Assembly (NCBI GenBank): GCA_963699155.1
Contig: OY969414.1
Location: 1,899,757-1,963,756, forward strand
Direction: 5' to 3'
Source: an uncultured Chlamydiales bacterium
GTDB taxonomy: Bacteria; Chlamydiota; Chlamydiia; Chlamydiales; JAAKFR01
DNA length: 64,000 nucleotides
Each line of letters begins with the position of its first letter. The first letter of the stretch is position 1. Of the stretch, positions 17,813-27,495 are shown piece after piece. Below the pieces are notes generated by a model. It did not search any database and was not told where the DNA came from. It saw only the letters and a list, made by a program, of their open reading frames with translations. Both the position numbers and the translations under genes were made by a program.

Positions 17813-19081
17813 ATGCCATTTACATTCACCATGCCCAAACTCTCCCCCACCATGGAAGAGGGAACGATTGCCAAGTGGCATAAAAAAGAGGGCGATTTTG
17901 TCGCTGAGGGCGATCTTCTCCTCGAAGTGGCCACCGACAAGGCGACTGTGGAGCATAATGCTCTCGATGAAGGATGGCTCAGAAAAATCTTGGTGTCAGA
18001 AGGAAAATCGGCCACCATCAATCAACCACTCGCCATCTTCACTGAAAAAGAGAAGGAGAGTATCGAAAGTTATCAAGTCAAAGAGCCTCCCAAAGCGGCA
18101 GCCCCAGTAGCTGCCGAAGAAAAGAGGGCTGAAGCCAAGCCACAAGTCGCTACTCCCACACTGAGTCAACCCGCTTTTGTCCCTGAACCGCCGCTTGCTC
18201 AGCCTACAGCAGAACCGAAGGATCGACACCTCCGTGCCTCTCCTCTCGCCAAACGACTAGCAAAGGAGCAAGGGTTGGACATCACCACCGTTAAAGGAAC
18301 AGGTCCTGGAGGACGCATCACCAGCAAAGATTTGGGCCAAGCGCAGCCGACAGGAGTGGTCACCTTTGGACGCGAGGAAGAGCCGACAATCCCCGCAGGA
18401 AGCTACGAAGAGATTCCCTTGAGCCCCATGCGCAAAATCATCGCACGCCGGCTCCAGGAGTCCAAAAGTTTCATTCCCCATTTTTATGTGAAACAGCTGG
18501 TCGATGCCGAGCCCCTCATCCTTCTCCGAGAGCAGCTCAAAACGTTTGGCCTCTCTGTTACCTTCAATGACATGATCCTGAGAGCCTGTGCCCTCGCTTT
18601 GAGAGAGCATCCCGAAGTGAATAGCGGTTTCAATTCGGTCAACCAGACAATCATCCGCTTTAAAACGGTCGACATCGGTGTGGCAGTGAGTTTCGAGGGC
18701 GGCTTGATCACCCCGATCGTGCGCCACGCCGATTTCAAAAACCTGGGTCAAATTTCGACAGAGGTTCGCGCGCTTGCAGAAAGAGCACGGGCGATGAAGC
18801 TGAAAGAGGAGGAGTATAAGGGAGGATCTTTCTGTCTTTCCAATCTAGGCATGTTTGGGATCACTGAATTCACTGCCGTCATCAATCCTCCCCAATCAGC
18901 CATCCTCGCTGTGGGTGGCATCACAGAAGCTCCTGTCGTCAAAGAAGGCAAAGTGGTGCCAGGGAAAACCCTTACCTTAGTCCTGAGCGCCGACCATCGG
19001 GTGGTCGATGGCGCCCACGGAGCCCAATTCATGAAAACAGTGCAGAAGCTGTTAGAAAACCCAGTTTCCCTTACGCTCTAA
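17813..19081 (+). CDS. pdhC: Pyruvate dehydrogenase E2 dihydrolipoamide acetyltransferase
   Basis: Lipoyl ATDKA, E3-binding domain, DHRVVDG. Confidence 0.95.
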   Translation: MPFTFTMPKLSPTMEEGTIAKWHKKEGDFVAEGDLLLEVATDKATVEHNALDEGWLRKILVSEGKSATINQPLAIFTEKEKESIESYQVKEPPKAAAPVAAEEKRAEAKPQVATPTLSQPAFVPEPPLAQPTAEPKDRHLRASPLAKRLAKEQGLDITTVKGTGPGGRITSKDLGQAQPTGVVTFGREEEPTIPAGSYEEIPLSPMRKIIARRLQESKSFIPHFYVKQLVDAEPLILLREQLKTFGLSVTFNDMILRACALALREHPEVNSGFNSVNQTIIRFKTVDIGVAVSFEGGLITPIVRHADFKNLGQISTEVRALAERARAMKLKEEEYKGGSFCLSNLGMFGITEFTAVINPPQSAILAVGGITEAPVVKEGKVVPGKTLTLVLSADHRVVDGAHGAQFMKTVQKLLENPVSLTL

Positions 19082-19104
19082 ACGAGCATAGCGAGTTCCC
19101 TGGC

Positions 19105-19489
19105 GCGCCGAAGGTCGCTCGCGGCCCTCAACGGGCCGCTGCCACTCCCAACGGCGCTAGTAACCTCCACTCACCTGGTTCCGCTCGATGTCGAGCCTAC
19201 GACCTCGAAATCGCCGCCGATCTCATCGCCCAAGTAGACTTTTGATGGAAGAGTTTGAGTGGCCTAAGGGCGAGCCGTTGCGAAGCTTCGGCGAGCCCCC
19301 CACCCCGGCCTTCGGCCGAGGCGAAGCTTCGGCGAGCCCCCCACCCCGGCCTTCGGCCGAGGCGAAGCCGAGTGCTGAAGCCGCGGGTAAACTTTCTAAA
19401 TTAATTTGAGAAACGTCCAAACGGACTCGGCAATTGGCGCCGTTGGGAGTGGCAGCGGCCCATTGAGGGCCGCGAGCGACCTTCGGCGC
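19105..19489. repeat. 53-bp GC-rich inverted repeat pair (19105-19157 / 19437-19489), REP-like
   Basis: GCGCCGAAGGTCGCTCGCGGCCCTCAACGGGCCGCTGCCACTCCCAACGGCGC and its reverse complement with 1 mismatch. Third copy at 20426-20478. Confidence 0.9.
19280..19368. repeat. 41-bp perfect tandem repeat x2 plus a partial copy
   Basis: GCGAAGCTTCGGCGAGCCCCCCACCCCGGCCTTCGGCCGAG at 19280 and 19321, followed by GCGAAGC. Confidence 0.95.
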
Positions 19490-19668
19490 CTTTCCCCCGC
19501 GCCTGTGACCAAGGCTGCGCCAGCAGCCGAGTGTCACAGCGACGGGCTTAATTTGTCGATTTTTTCACAGCCTCTCTGCGCTTCTAGCAGAGAGTAAGTA
19601 GTGGCGTAAGAGAGCTTCTAATTCTTTGCAGAAATCGCCTACAAATAGGCATGCTTTTCAATGAGCAA

Positions 19669-19747
19669 AAAAAATAACAGGATCGGCCGGCCCCAAATAA
19701 ATTTGGGGACCCCCCGGCCGGCAGGATCCCGCAAAGCGGGGCAGGAT
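19669..19747 (+). repeat. Left arm of inverted repeat flanking the GxxExxY gene
   Basis: 79 bp; reverse complement of 20277-20354 apart from one A indel. Confidence 0.95.
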
Positions 19748-19752
19748 AGGAT

Positions 19753-20166
19753 ATGGTACATGCTCAGTTCACATCACTTATTTTAAAAACCTGTTTTGAT
19801 GTAGCCAATGAACTTGGAGTTGGTTTTCTAGAGAACGTTTATAAAAATGCTCTTGCTGTGGCTTTGAGAGAATCTGGCTTCAAAATCGAGATTGAAAAAC
19901 CTTTTGAGGTAATTTTTCACGGGAAACAGATAGGATTCTATATCGCTGATCTTGTTGTTCAAGAATGTGTAATCGTAGAAGCCAAATGCTGTAGAGCGCT
20001 ACTTCCCCAACATCAGGCTCAATTGATTAATTATCTTGCTATATCGAAATGTCCCATAGGATTGCTGATCAATTTTGGGAATAAGAGATTAGAAATCAAA
20101 CGTGTGCAACATCCGGATTACGAAAATTCAGAGGATCGGCTTGCCCCCGAAGGGGAACACAAATAA
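19753..20166 (+). CDS. GxxExxY family PD-(D/E)XK nuclease-like protein
   Basis: ELGVGFLENVY, ADLVV...IVEAK, AQLINYL, GLLINFG; 137 aa. Confidence 0.9.
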   Translation: MVHAQFTSLILKTCFDVANELGVGFLENVYKNALAVALRESGFKIEIEKPFEVIFHGKQIGFYIADLVVQECVIVEAKCCRALLPQHQAQLINYLAISKCPIGLLINFGNKRLEIKRVQHPDYENSEDRLAPEGEHK

Positions 20167-20248
20167 AGAGCTCCCTCCCTTGAAAAAGAAAAAATAATGA
20201 CAATTGTATGAAGAAACATTCTTTTTCAAGGGAGAGAGCTCTTTATTT
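20161..20248. repeat. 30-bp stem-loop directly after the GxxExxY gene
   Basis: AAATAAAGAGCTCCCTCCCTTGAAAAAGAA (20161-20190) pairs with 20219-20248, 1 mismatch. Confidence 0.85.
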
Positions 20249-20276
20249 GTGTCACTTTGTGACGCAAGCCGACCCC

Positions 20277-20354
20277 ATCCTGCCCCGCTTGCGGGATCCT
20301 GCCGGCCGGGGGGTCCCCAAATTTATTTGGGGCCGGCCGATCCTGTTATTTTTT
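20277..20354 (-). repeat. Right arm of inverted repeat flanking the GxxExxY gene
   Basis: 78-bp reverse complement of 19669-19747. Confidence 0.95.
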
Positions 20355-20394
20355 ACCCATATAAGAAGTGCTTTTTGCTCAAATTTCTGATCGT

Positions 20395-20497
20395 ATGGAA
20401 GAGCTTGAAGCGGCCTAAGGGGCGAGCCGTTGGGAGCGGCAGCGGCCCATTGAGGGCCGCGAGCGACCTTCGGCGCGCAGGCGAGGGAACTTGCTAG
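20395..20497. repeat. Outer REP-like repeat copy
   Basis: 20426-20478 is inverted relative to 19105-19155. 20395-20432 is a near-direct copy of 19245-19280. Confidence 0.85.
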
Positions 20498-21585
20498 GCT
20501 ATAATTAAGCCGTTGAGATCGGCTAGAGCCCTTTGGTGAATCTCTAAGCTATTTTGTGCATCAAAGATCTCATAGAGCTCGCCTTTCTCTTCCTCGATAG
20601 CGTGGCTGAGACTTTCTCCACTGACGATTTTCCCATTTTGATAGTGGACAATGGCGATTGGCTGCCAGCAGCCAGCGAGATAGAAGCCATTTTTCCCCAG
20701 CTCTCCAGAAGCTCCTCCCCCTTCAAACTTCCATAAGGACTGCGGCCCTCTGACCGACCAGAAGCCTTCCGCTCGGCTCACATCTTCGTTCCAATCCCTT
20801 TCGATATAAGAGCCCAGCTTCCGTCCATTGAGAGGATCGAAGAAGGAATAGAGGCAGGAAAAAATGATCGCTGTGGCATAAAAAGGGGCTTTGACGATGC
20901 GGAAGAGTGAGTTTTTCCATTCGACAACAATCTCTTTTGCCTTCAGATCTTTAGCTGCTAAAATGTAGAAGGGGATGACAAAGAGACGCAAAATGTTATA
21001 GGCAATAGCGCCCACCATATGAACAGGCGTAAACGCTCCGACAACTAAGCTGACTGCATAGTGATCCTGCTCCCCTTTGACTCCATACATGTAGGCAAGA
21101 CCATTTCCTGCTTCATCTAAGGTAGACTTATCGATATATCCAGGATAGAGACCATGCTTTTTGCTCGCATAATAGGCTGACTCCCAGTAATCCTCACCGG
21201 AAAATTTCCCACTGTCCTGGTTGCTCAGAGGGTCTTGCTTGTATTTGAGGTTCGCAATGATAGCCACTGCCCCGCCAGTGAGCGCTACCAGGGGAATGGC
21301 CGCCAATTCGACATGGACCCAGTTGATATTCTGGAACCATTTCACAAAGTCTTGTGGAAAGGTGGTGAGCTGTTGATTGAGAGCTAAGATAGCTACCGTG
21401 ATGGCGATAATCATCACTACAAAAAGGGTGACACGGAGGGCAACGCGTGAACGGTATTCAAGGGGCATTTTTTCTTGGTAGGTACTATTGTTGGTCTGGA
21501 TCAGAGCCAGCTTAGAACCCATTTCCTGAGTACGAATCTGCGGTAACTGTGGGAGGGGGTCCCAACCCTTGGGAAATGATGCCAT
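20494..21585 (-). CDS. Hypothetical multi-pass membrane protein, paralog A
   Basis: Shares GRKLG..IERDWN..VS..EG.WSV.G...FEGGG...GFYLAGCWQP with the upstream gene. Confidence 0.75.
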   Translation of the reverse strand: MASFPKGWDPLPQLPQIRTQEMGSKLALIQTNNSTYQEKMPLEYRSRVALRVTLFVVMIIAITVAILALNQQLTTFPQDFVKWFQNINWVHVELAAIPLVALTGGAVAIIANLKYKQDPLSNQDSGKFSGEDYWESAYYASKKHGLYPGYIDKSTLDEAGNGLAYMYGVKGEQDHYAVSLVVGAFTPVHMVGAIAYNILRLFVIPFYILAAKDLKAKEIVVEWKNSLFRIVKAPFYATAIIFSCLYSFFDPLNGRKLGSYIERDWNEDVSRAEGFWSVRGPQSLWKFEGGGASGELGKNGFYLAGCWQPIAIVHYQNGKIVSGESLSHAIEEEKGELYEIFDAQNSLEIHQRALADLNGLIIA

Positions 21586-21592
21586 AAAATTT

Positions 21593-22783
21593 TCACCCGA
21601 TTGCTTTTTTTAGTGCGCGTGCTTCTTGAAAAAGCTGTTCGCCTTGAGTAGAGGCCGTTAAAGGGGTATCCACTGCAGCTGAACTCTCTTCATAAGAATG
21701 GCGCGCAAAGATTTGAGCAGAGACAAATTTCCCACCCTTTATCGTGCCAACGCCGGAGGGTTGCCAACAGCCCGCCAGGTAAAAACCAGTCCTACCTAGC
21801 CCTTCGGGTCCGCCACCACCCTCAAAGTGGAAGTGATCTCCAGCCCCACCCACCGACCAGTAGCCCTCATTGAGGCTGACCTCATCATTCCAGTCACGCT
21901 CGATCGAAGCACCCAGCTTTCGGCCTCCCATGGGGTTGACAAAGGTATAGAGCGCTGCCATGAAATAGGCCAGAGCGTAGAAAGGAGCTTGCACGACACG
22001 TTTGATCGATTTGGCAAATTCTTTGGGAATATCGGAGAGCTCAAAGGGACGAGCTCCCTCCACAGGTGGCATACAGCCTGTTTTTTCAACGACTAAGCGA
22101 AATAGGATGCAGAAGGGAATGATAATGGCTCGAAATGCATTGTAGGCGATGACTGCCACCATATAGACGGGAGCTAACAAACCGATCTGGTTACTGACAA
22201 GACAGTGGCCTGTAGGGTCTTTGATATAATAGAAGAAAATCTTTCCATCACCATTTTCATCTAGGGTCGACCGGTCGAAATAGAAATGGCTATCCTCAGA
22301 GTAGACTTTCCCCTGGCTGTTTTGTCGTTTATAGGTGACATGGCTGACCATCAGCTGGTCGCCAATATTACGGAAAGAGCCGCGATCTGATTCCAGCATC
22401 TGATCTTTTTTATGAGTCGCACGGTAGATAATAAAAATAGCGCCGCCGATCAAAACTGCTGCAATTCCTCCGCCTATGGCGGCGTGAATGGGATTGATTT
22501 GCCTTGCCCAGTCGATCAGGTTTTGAGGAAAGCTACCGATCTGACCTGTGAAGGCTAAAACGGCTAGAGCAACCACCGTCACAAACAGTAGAGAGTAAGC
22601 GCTGTTTTTGACCAGGGTCCCTGTCGTAAAGGTTTCGTTGTAGGATTCCTTAAAAGCGTAAGCTTTAAATTCCGGATTTGACTCGATCTCCTTGAGGCGA
22701 TCGGTTAAAACAGATGCCTTCTGGCCTTGCCAGGAATAGGAAAAGGTGGATTGGCTTGCTAAAGAGAGAGAACTACAACACAT
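21593..22783 (-). CDS. Hypothetical multi-pass membrane protein, paralog B
   Basis: Tandem paralog of 20494-21585. Confidence 0.75.
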   Translation of the reverse strand: MCCSSLSLASQSTFSYSWQGQKASVLTDRLKEIESNPEFKAYAFKESYNETFTTGTLVKNSAYSLLFVTVVALAVLAFTGQIGSFPQNLIDWARQINPIHAAIGGGIAAVLIGGAIFIIYRATHKKDQMLESDRGSFRNIGDQLMVSHVTYKRQNSQGKVYSEDSHFYFDRSTLDENGDGKIFFYYIKDPTGHCLVSNQIGLLAPVYMVAVIAYNAFRAIIIPFCILFRLVVEKTGCMPPVEGARPFELSDIPKEFAKSIKRVVQAPFYALAYFMAALYTFVNPMGGRKLGASIERDWNDEVSLNEGYWSVGGAGDHFHFEGGGGPEGLGRTGFYLAGCWQPSGVGTIKGGKFVSAQIFARHSYEESSAAVDTPLTASTQGEQLFQEARALKKAIG

Positions 22784-22837
22784 ATAGTAACATTTTAAAG
22801 TAAGAATATTAATTTTTGATAAAGATTAAAAAATCTT

Positions 22838-22866
22838 TTGACAATCTCATGAATTCTTAATAAACT
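22838..22866 (+). promoter_or_regulatory. Putative sigma66/70 promoter of glgP
   Basis: TTGACA-17 bp-TAAACT. Confidence 0.6.
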
Positions 22867-22891
22867 AGTCCTCGTAGGGGCCTGAAGTATC

Positions 22892-25348
22892 ATGACCGAT
22901 TTTGTCGTCTCAAACGAAGAACACCTCAAAGGAGATGCTAAGTCCCTCAAAGATTCGATCTGTAAGCACCTCCAATTTACCCTGGCTAAAGACAAATATA
23001 CCGCGACCAAGCGCGATCTCTTTCAAGCGACTGCTTACGCCATCCGCGACCATCTCGTCGGGAGGTGGATCAATACCCAACAGCAGTATTACGACACTGA
23101 CTCCAAAAGGGTCTACTACCTCTCCATGGAGTTTTTAATTGGGCGCACTCTCGAAAATAGCTTGGTCAATCTCGGTCTTCTCGAAAATTGCCGTAAAGCT
23201 GTCCATGAGCTCGGTTTTGATCTCGATCTGCTCTTTGAAGTGGAATCGGATGCGGGGCTGGGCAATGGAGGTTTGGGAAGGCTCGCTGCCTGTTTTCTCG
23301 ACTCGATGGCCACTCTAGGAATACCTGGCTATGGGTATGGCATCCGCTATGATTATGGCATTTTCAGACAAAATATTCATGATGGCAATCAGGTAGAGGT
23401 GCCTGATAACTGGCTCCGTTATGGGAACCCGTGGGAAATCTGTCGTGCAGAATACCTCTATCCGATCCAATTTTATGGGCGTGTCGTGCAATATACCGAC
23501 CCAAAGGGCAAGCTGCGCTGTGAATGGGTCGACACCCAAGAGGTGATGGCGATGGCCTACGACTATCCTGTTCCGGGGTATAGCAACGATACCGTCAACA
23601 CGCTGCGCCTCTGGCAGGCAAAATCGCATCGTGGATTTGATCTCAGCTACTTTAACCATGGCGATTATGTCCGCGCAGTCGAAGAGGTCGCTCTCACCGA
23701 GAACATCTCCAAAGTGCTTTACCCCAATGATAACATTTTTGAGGGAAAGGAGCTCAGACTGAAGCAGGAGTACTTTTTAGTCTCGGCAACGATTCAAGAC
23801 ATTGTCCGCCGCTACAACAAGGGCCATATCCACTTAGATGGACTCCCCGATAAGGTGGCAATCCAGCTCAATGACACCCACCCCGCTCTCGCCATTGCAG
23901 AGATGATGCGCATCCTGGTCGATCGTGAGGAGTTGAGCTGGGAAAAGTCGTGGGAGCTGACGAAAGACACTTTTGCTTACACCAATCATACGCTCCTCCC
24001 TGAGGCTCTGGAAAGGTGGCCCGTGCCCCTATTAGAACAAGTGCTCCCCCGTCATCTCGAGATTATCTACGAGATCAATCGCCGCTGGCTCGAAGAGGTG
24101 AATCGCCACTATCCTGGCGACAAAGAGAAGCAGCGTGCTCTCTCTTTGATCGAAGAGAGCAATCCCAAAACGGTCAACATGGCCCATCTCGCTATCGTCG
24201 GCGCAAGGAAAGTTAACGGTGTCTCTGCGCTTCACTCCGAGCTGCTCAAACACCATGTCTTTAAAGATTTTTGGGAGATGGACCCCGACAAGTTCACCAA
24301 TAAAACCAATGGCATCACCCCTCGCAGATGGCTGAAAAGCTGCAATCCCTCACTCTCGATGCTCATTACCGACCATATCGGTGACGAGTGGGTCCGTGAT
24401 CTGGGCCAGCTGACACGTCTCCTTCCCTTAGTCAATAATGAAGAGTTCTGTGAAGAGTGGCGAGAGGTCAAACGGTTGAATAAGGAGCATCTCGCCAAGA
24501 TTATCTTTTCCGAATATGAGACGCATGTCGATCTCAATTCCATCTTTGACTGTCATGTGAAACGGATTCATGAATACAAAAGGCAGCTTCTTAATATTCT
24601 CCGGGTGATCCACGATTACAACAACATCAAAGACAATCCTGAAGGTCCCTGGGTGCCCAGAACGATCATTTTCAGCGGAAAAGCCGCTCCAGGCTACTTT
24701 ATCGCCAAGAAAATCATCAAACTGATCACCGCTGTCGGCAATGTGGTCAACCACGACCCGATCGTCTCTCACTTCCTCAAAGTCATTTTCTTAGAAAATT
24801 ACCGAGTCACCCTCGCCGAAAAGATCATTCCTGCCGCCGACCTCTCGGAACAGATTTCGACCGCCGGAACAGAAGCTTCAGGAACTGGGAATATGAAATT
24901 TGCCCTCAACGGAGCACTGACGATCGGCACCCTCGATGGCGCCAACATCGAAATTCTCGAAGAGGTAGGCCCCGACAATATCTTTATCTTTGGCTTGAAA
25001 GCTGAAGAGGTAGAGTCACTCAAAGCCCATGGCTACAACCCCTGGGGCGTCTACCACCAAAACCCTGCCATCCACCGCGTCCTCGATATGATCCGCGATG
25101 GCTATTTCAGTGGAGGCGATCAGGAGCTCTTCAAACCTCTCCTCAGCTCCCTCCTCGATGGAGGCGATCCCTACTGCCTTCTCGCCGACTTCCAGTCTTA
25201 CATCGACTGTCAGGCCCGTGTCAGCGCCCTCTACAAAGACCAGACAGCCTGGACCAAAAAGTCCATCCACAATGTCGCTAAAATAGGAAAATTCTCAAGT
25301 GACCGCACCATCCAAGACTACGCCACCGAAATCTGGCGCCTCGACTAA
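22892..25348 (+). CDS. glgP: Glycogen phosphorylase
   Basis: [33 protein letters not shown] (PLP lysine). Confidence 0.97.
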   Translation: MTDFVVSNEEHLKGDAKSLKDSICKHLQFTLAKDKYTATKRDLFQATAYAIRDHLVGRWINTQQQYYDTDSKRVYYLSMEFLIGRTLENSLVNLGLLENCRKAVHELGFDLDLLFEVESDAGLGNGGLGRLAACFLDSMATLGIPGYGYGIRYDYGIFRQNIHDGNQVEVPDNWLRYGNPWEICRAEYLYPIQFYGRVVQYTDPKGKLRCEWVDTQEVMAMAYDYPVPGYSNDTVNTLRLWQAKSHRGFDLSYFNHGDYVRAVEEVALTENISKVLYPNDNIFEGKELRLKQEYFLVSATIQDIVRRYNKGHIHLDGLPDKVAIQLNDTHPALAIAEMMRILVDREELSWEKSWELTKDTFAYTNHTLLPEALERWPVPLLEQVLPRHLEIIYEINRRWLEEVNRHYPGDKEKQRALSLIEESNPKTVNMAHLAIVGARKVNGVSALHSELLKHHVFKDFWEMDPDKFTNKTNGITPRRWLKSCNPSLSMLITDHIGDEWVRDLGQLTRLLPLVNNEEFCEEWREVKRLNKEHLAKIIFSEYETHVDLNSIFDCHVKRIHEYKRQLLNILRVIHDYNNIKDNPEGPWVPRTIIFSGKAAPGYFIAKKIIKLITAVGNVVNHDPIVSHFLKVIFLENYRVTLAEKIIPAADLSEQISTAGTEASGTGNMKFALNGALTIGTLDGANIEILEEVGPDNIFIFGLKAEEVESLKAHGYNPWGVYHQNPAIHRVLDMIRDGYFSGGDQELFKPLLSSLLDGGDPYCLLADFQSYIDCQARVSALYKDQTAWTKKSIHNVAKIGKFSSDRTIQDYATEIWRLD

Positions 25349-26022
25349 TTTAAACACCTAAAAAAGATCGAAAGGCCATGAGTCCTTGAAAAGTATCTGA
25401 ATCTGGGGAGGCACCTCTGCTATAATATTGACACAGTTGAGGCCATTTCTCATCTACAAACTCGTGGTAGAGGCCACGAAACTCTTCTTGCGCTAGAGTT
25501 TCATCTACATCTTTGTATACTCCTGCCAAAACTCCAAAAGCGAAGAGATGCTCTGCTTCAAAAATTCCACCCTGGTGTTTATAGGGTATTTCGCTAACAA
25601 AATTCCACACCGCCTTCCTTGCATCAGAGCGTTCAGATTGTGAAATTCCCTGGATATACTCAACAGCTGATCTAAAACCAGCGTCCACAAATCGGTGTCG
25701 CTGGCCTAAATCCCTAATTGCTTCTTTGGCTGCCAAAAAGGCTGTGAAAAGCTTACTTTTATCCCCTTTGAGTAAAGCTGCCGCTTCTCCAAATTTGGCA
25801 AATCCTGGAATTTGAGGAGGGACGGGTTCGTTATTATTGGGTAGGCGATAACTCTCTCTTTTAGCTCGACACAGGATGATTGATCTGCGACAATTAAATC
25901 TCCGCTTCAGCGACAATTAAAATTCCTGTCCGACGACAATTATTTTTCCCTTCGGACGACAATTAAAATTCCCTTCGCTGAGACTTAAGAAGATAATCCT
26001 TTATCTCGTAAGGAGGTAAAGG

Positions 26023-27495
26023 ATGATTTCTAAAACACAGTATAGGAGATTGTGTAAAATGATTAATGAGGGAAATAATCTTAAAGATTCAGCTGCCAAA
26101 GCTGGCATAGATCCTAAGACAGCAAGAACTTACTTAAAGAATGATAACCCGCTGTTGCCAACAGATCATAATTGGAAAACAAGAACGGATCCGTTCGATT
26201 GCGTTAATTCCGAAATTGAAAGCATGCTAGAGCTTCAACCACGACTCGAAGCAAAGACAATTTTTGAGTATTTAGTAGAGAAATATCCGGGCAAATTTCA
26301 AGAAGGGCAATTGCGGACCTTGCAAAGAAAGGTCAAGAAATGGAAAGGACTCCAAGGACCACCTAAGGAGGTATTCTTTGCACAAATCCATAAGCCTGGG
26401 GATCTTTGCTCTTCAGATTTTACACATATGGAAAATCTTAAGATTACAATCCAAAGGAGCCCATTTCCTCATCTTGTTTATCACTTTGTTTTTACCTACT
26501 CGAATTGGGAGAGTGTAACTATTTGTTTTTCCGAGAATTTTGAAAGTCTAAGTGAGGGGTTTCAAAATGCAGTCTGGCAAGCAGGGGGCTCTGCCTTACG
26601 ACATCGCACAGATCGTTTGACGGCAGCAATGTCAAATTTCTCGAATAATCCTAAATTTGGTGCACGGTACCAGGCTCTTTTGGATCACTATGGTATTACA
26701 GGGACAAAAATACAAGCTGGTTGCCCGAATGAGAATGGCGATGTTGAACAGGCTCACCATAGGCTTAAGAGGGCTGTTGAGCAGGCACTAATGTTACGTG
26801 GTAGTCATGATTTTGAAACCGTTGAGGAATATCGTGGTTTTCTGAGAGATCTGGTGATAAAGCGTAATGCGGCAAGAAGTGTTCGTTTTAAAGAAGAACA
26901 AGAAAAGCTCAAAGAATTGCCTCCAGGAAGACTCCAAGATGCCACTGTTCATAGATTAACTGTAGGTAGAGGAAGTACAATCCGTTTAAAAGATAACACT
27001 TATTCTGTACCGAGTCGTTTGATTAACGAAGAGGTAGAGATACATCTTTTAGGAAGTATTGTAGAGATCTGGTACCAAGGTCAAAAAGTGGAGGAGTTTC
27101 CGCGCATGGTTGGGGCCCACAAGGCCCAGATTGATTATCGTCATATAATAGATTGGTTGATAAAGAAGCCTGGAGCATTTGAGAATTATCGCTATAAGGA
27201 AGAGTTATACCCTACAAGTACTTTTAGGGCAGCCTACGATGCTTTAAAAATTGGATCGCCTCAACGCTATGTGAAGGATTATCTAGGTATTTTGAAAGCA
27301 GCTGCACAAGATGGTGAGAGACGTGTAGGAGGGGTTTTGAAAAGTCTGCTTGTTAAAGATCAAATGATAACTCTTGAAAGCGTTTTACAGATACTTCGAA
27401 AACCAGAAAAAATATTTTCTTTAATGGATGTAGCTGTCTCTACAGTGGATTTATGTGTTTATGATTTAGCTTTGTTAAAGGAGTCACAATCATGA
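26023..27495 (+). CDS. istA: IS21 transposase IstA
   Basis: HTH plus DDE (SDFTH, RTDR, ENGDVE), 490 aa. Confidence 0.93.
   Translation: MISKTQYRRLCKMINEGNNLKDSAAKAGIDPKTARTYLKNDNPLLPTDHNWKTRTDPFDCVNSEIESMLELQPRLEAKTIFEYLVEKYPGKFQEGQLRTLQRKVKKWKGLQGPPKEVFFAQIHKPGDLCSSDFTHMENLKITIQRSPFPHLVYHFVFTYSNWESVTICFSENFESLSEGFQNAVWQAGGSALRHRTDRLTAAMSNFSNNPKFGARYQALLDHYGITGTKIQAGCPNENGDVEQAHHRLKRAVEQALMLRGSHDFETVEEYRGFLRDLVIKRNAARSVRFKEEQEKLKELPPGRLQDATVHRLTVGRGSTIRLKDNTYSVPSRLINEEVEIHLLGSIVEIWYQGQKVEEFPRMVGAHKAQIDYRHIIDWLIKKPGAFENYRYKEELYPTSTFRAAYDALKIGSPQRYVKDYLGILKAAAQDGERRVGGVLKSLLVKDQMITLESVLQILRKPEKIFSLMDVAVSTVDLCVYDLALLKESQS

Noticed and set aside
19280..19368. Possible CRISPR array
   Set aside because: The units are directly adjacent with no spacers, and no cas genes are present.
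19188..19597. Short ORFs in the repeat region (also 20204-20497 and 44426-44638)
   Set aside because: They are translations of GC-rich palindromic repeats; their mutual similarity reflects the DNA repeat.
25872..25880. IS21 target contains CAGGAT like the GxxExxY arms
   Set aside because: A hexamer match is expected by chance in 64 kb.
25881..25980. Regularly spaced CGACAATT repeats as iterons or mini-CRISPR (also 28452-28547)
   Set aside because: They are the normal subterminal transposase-binding repeats of IS21.
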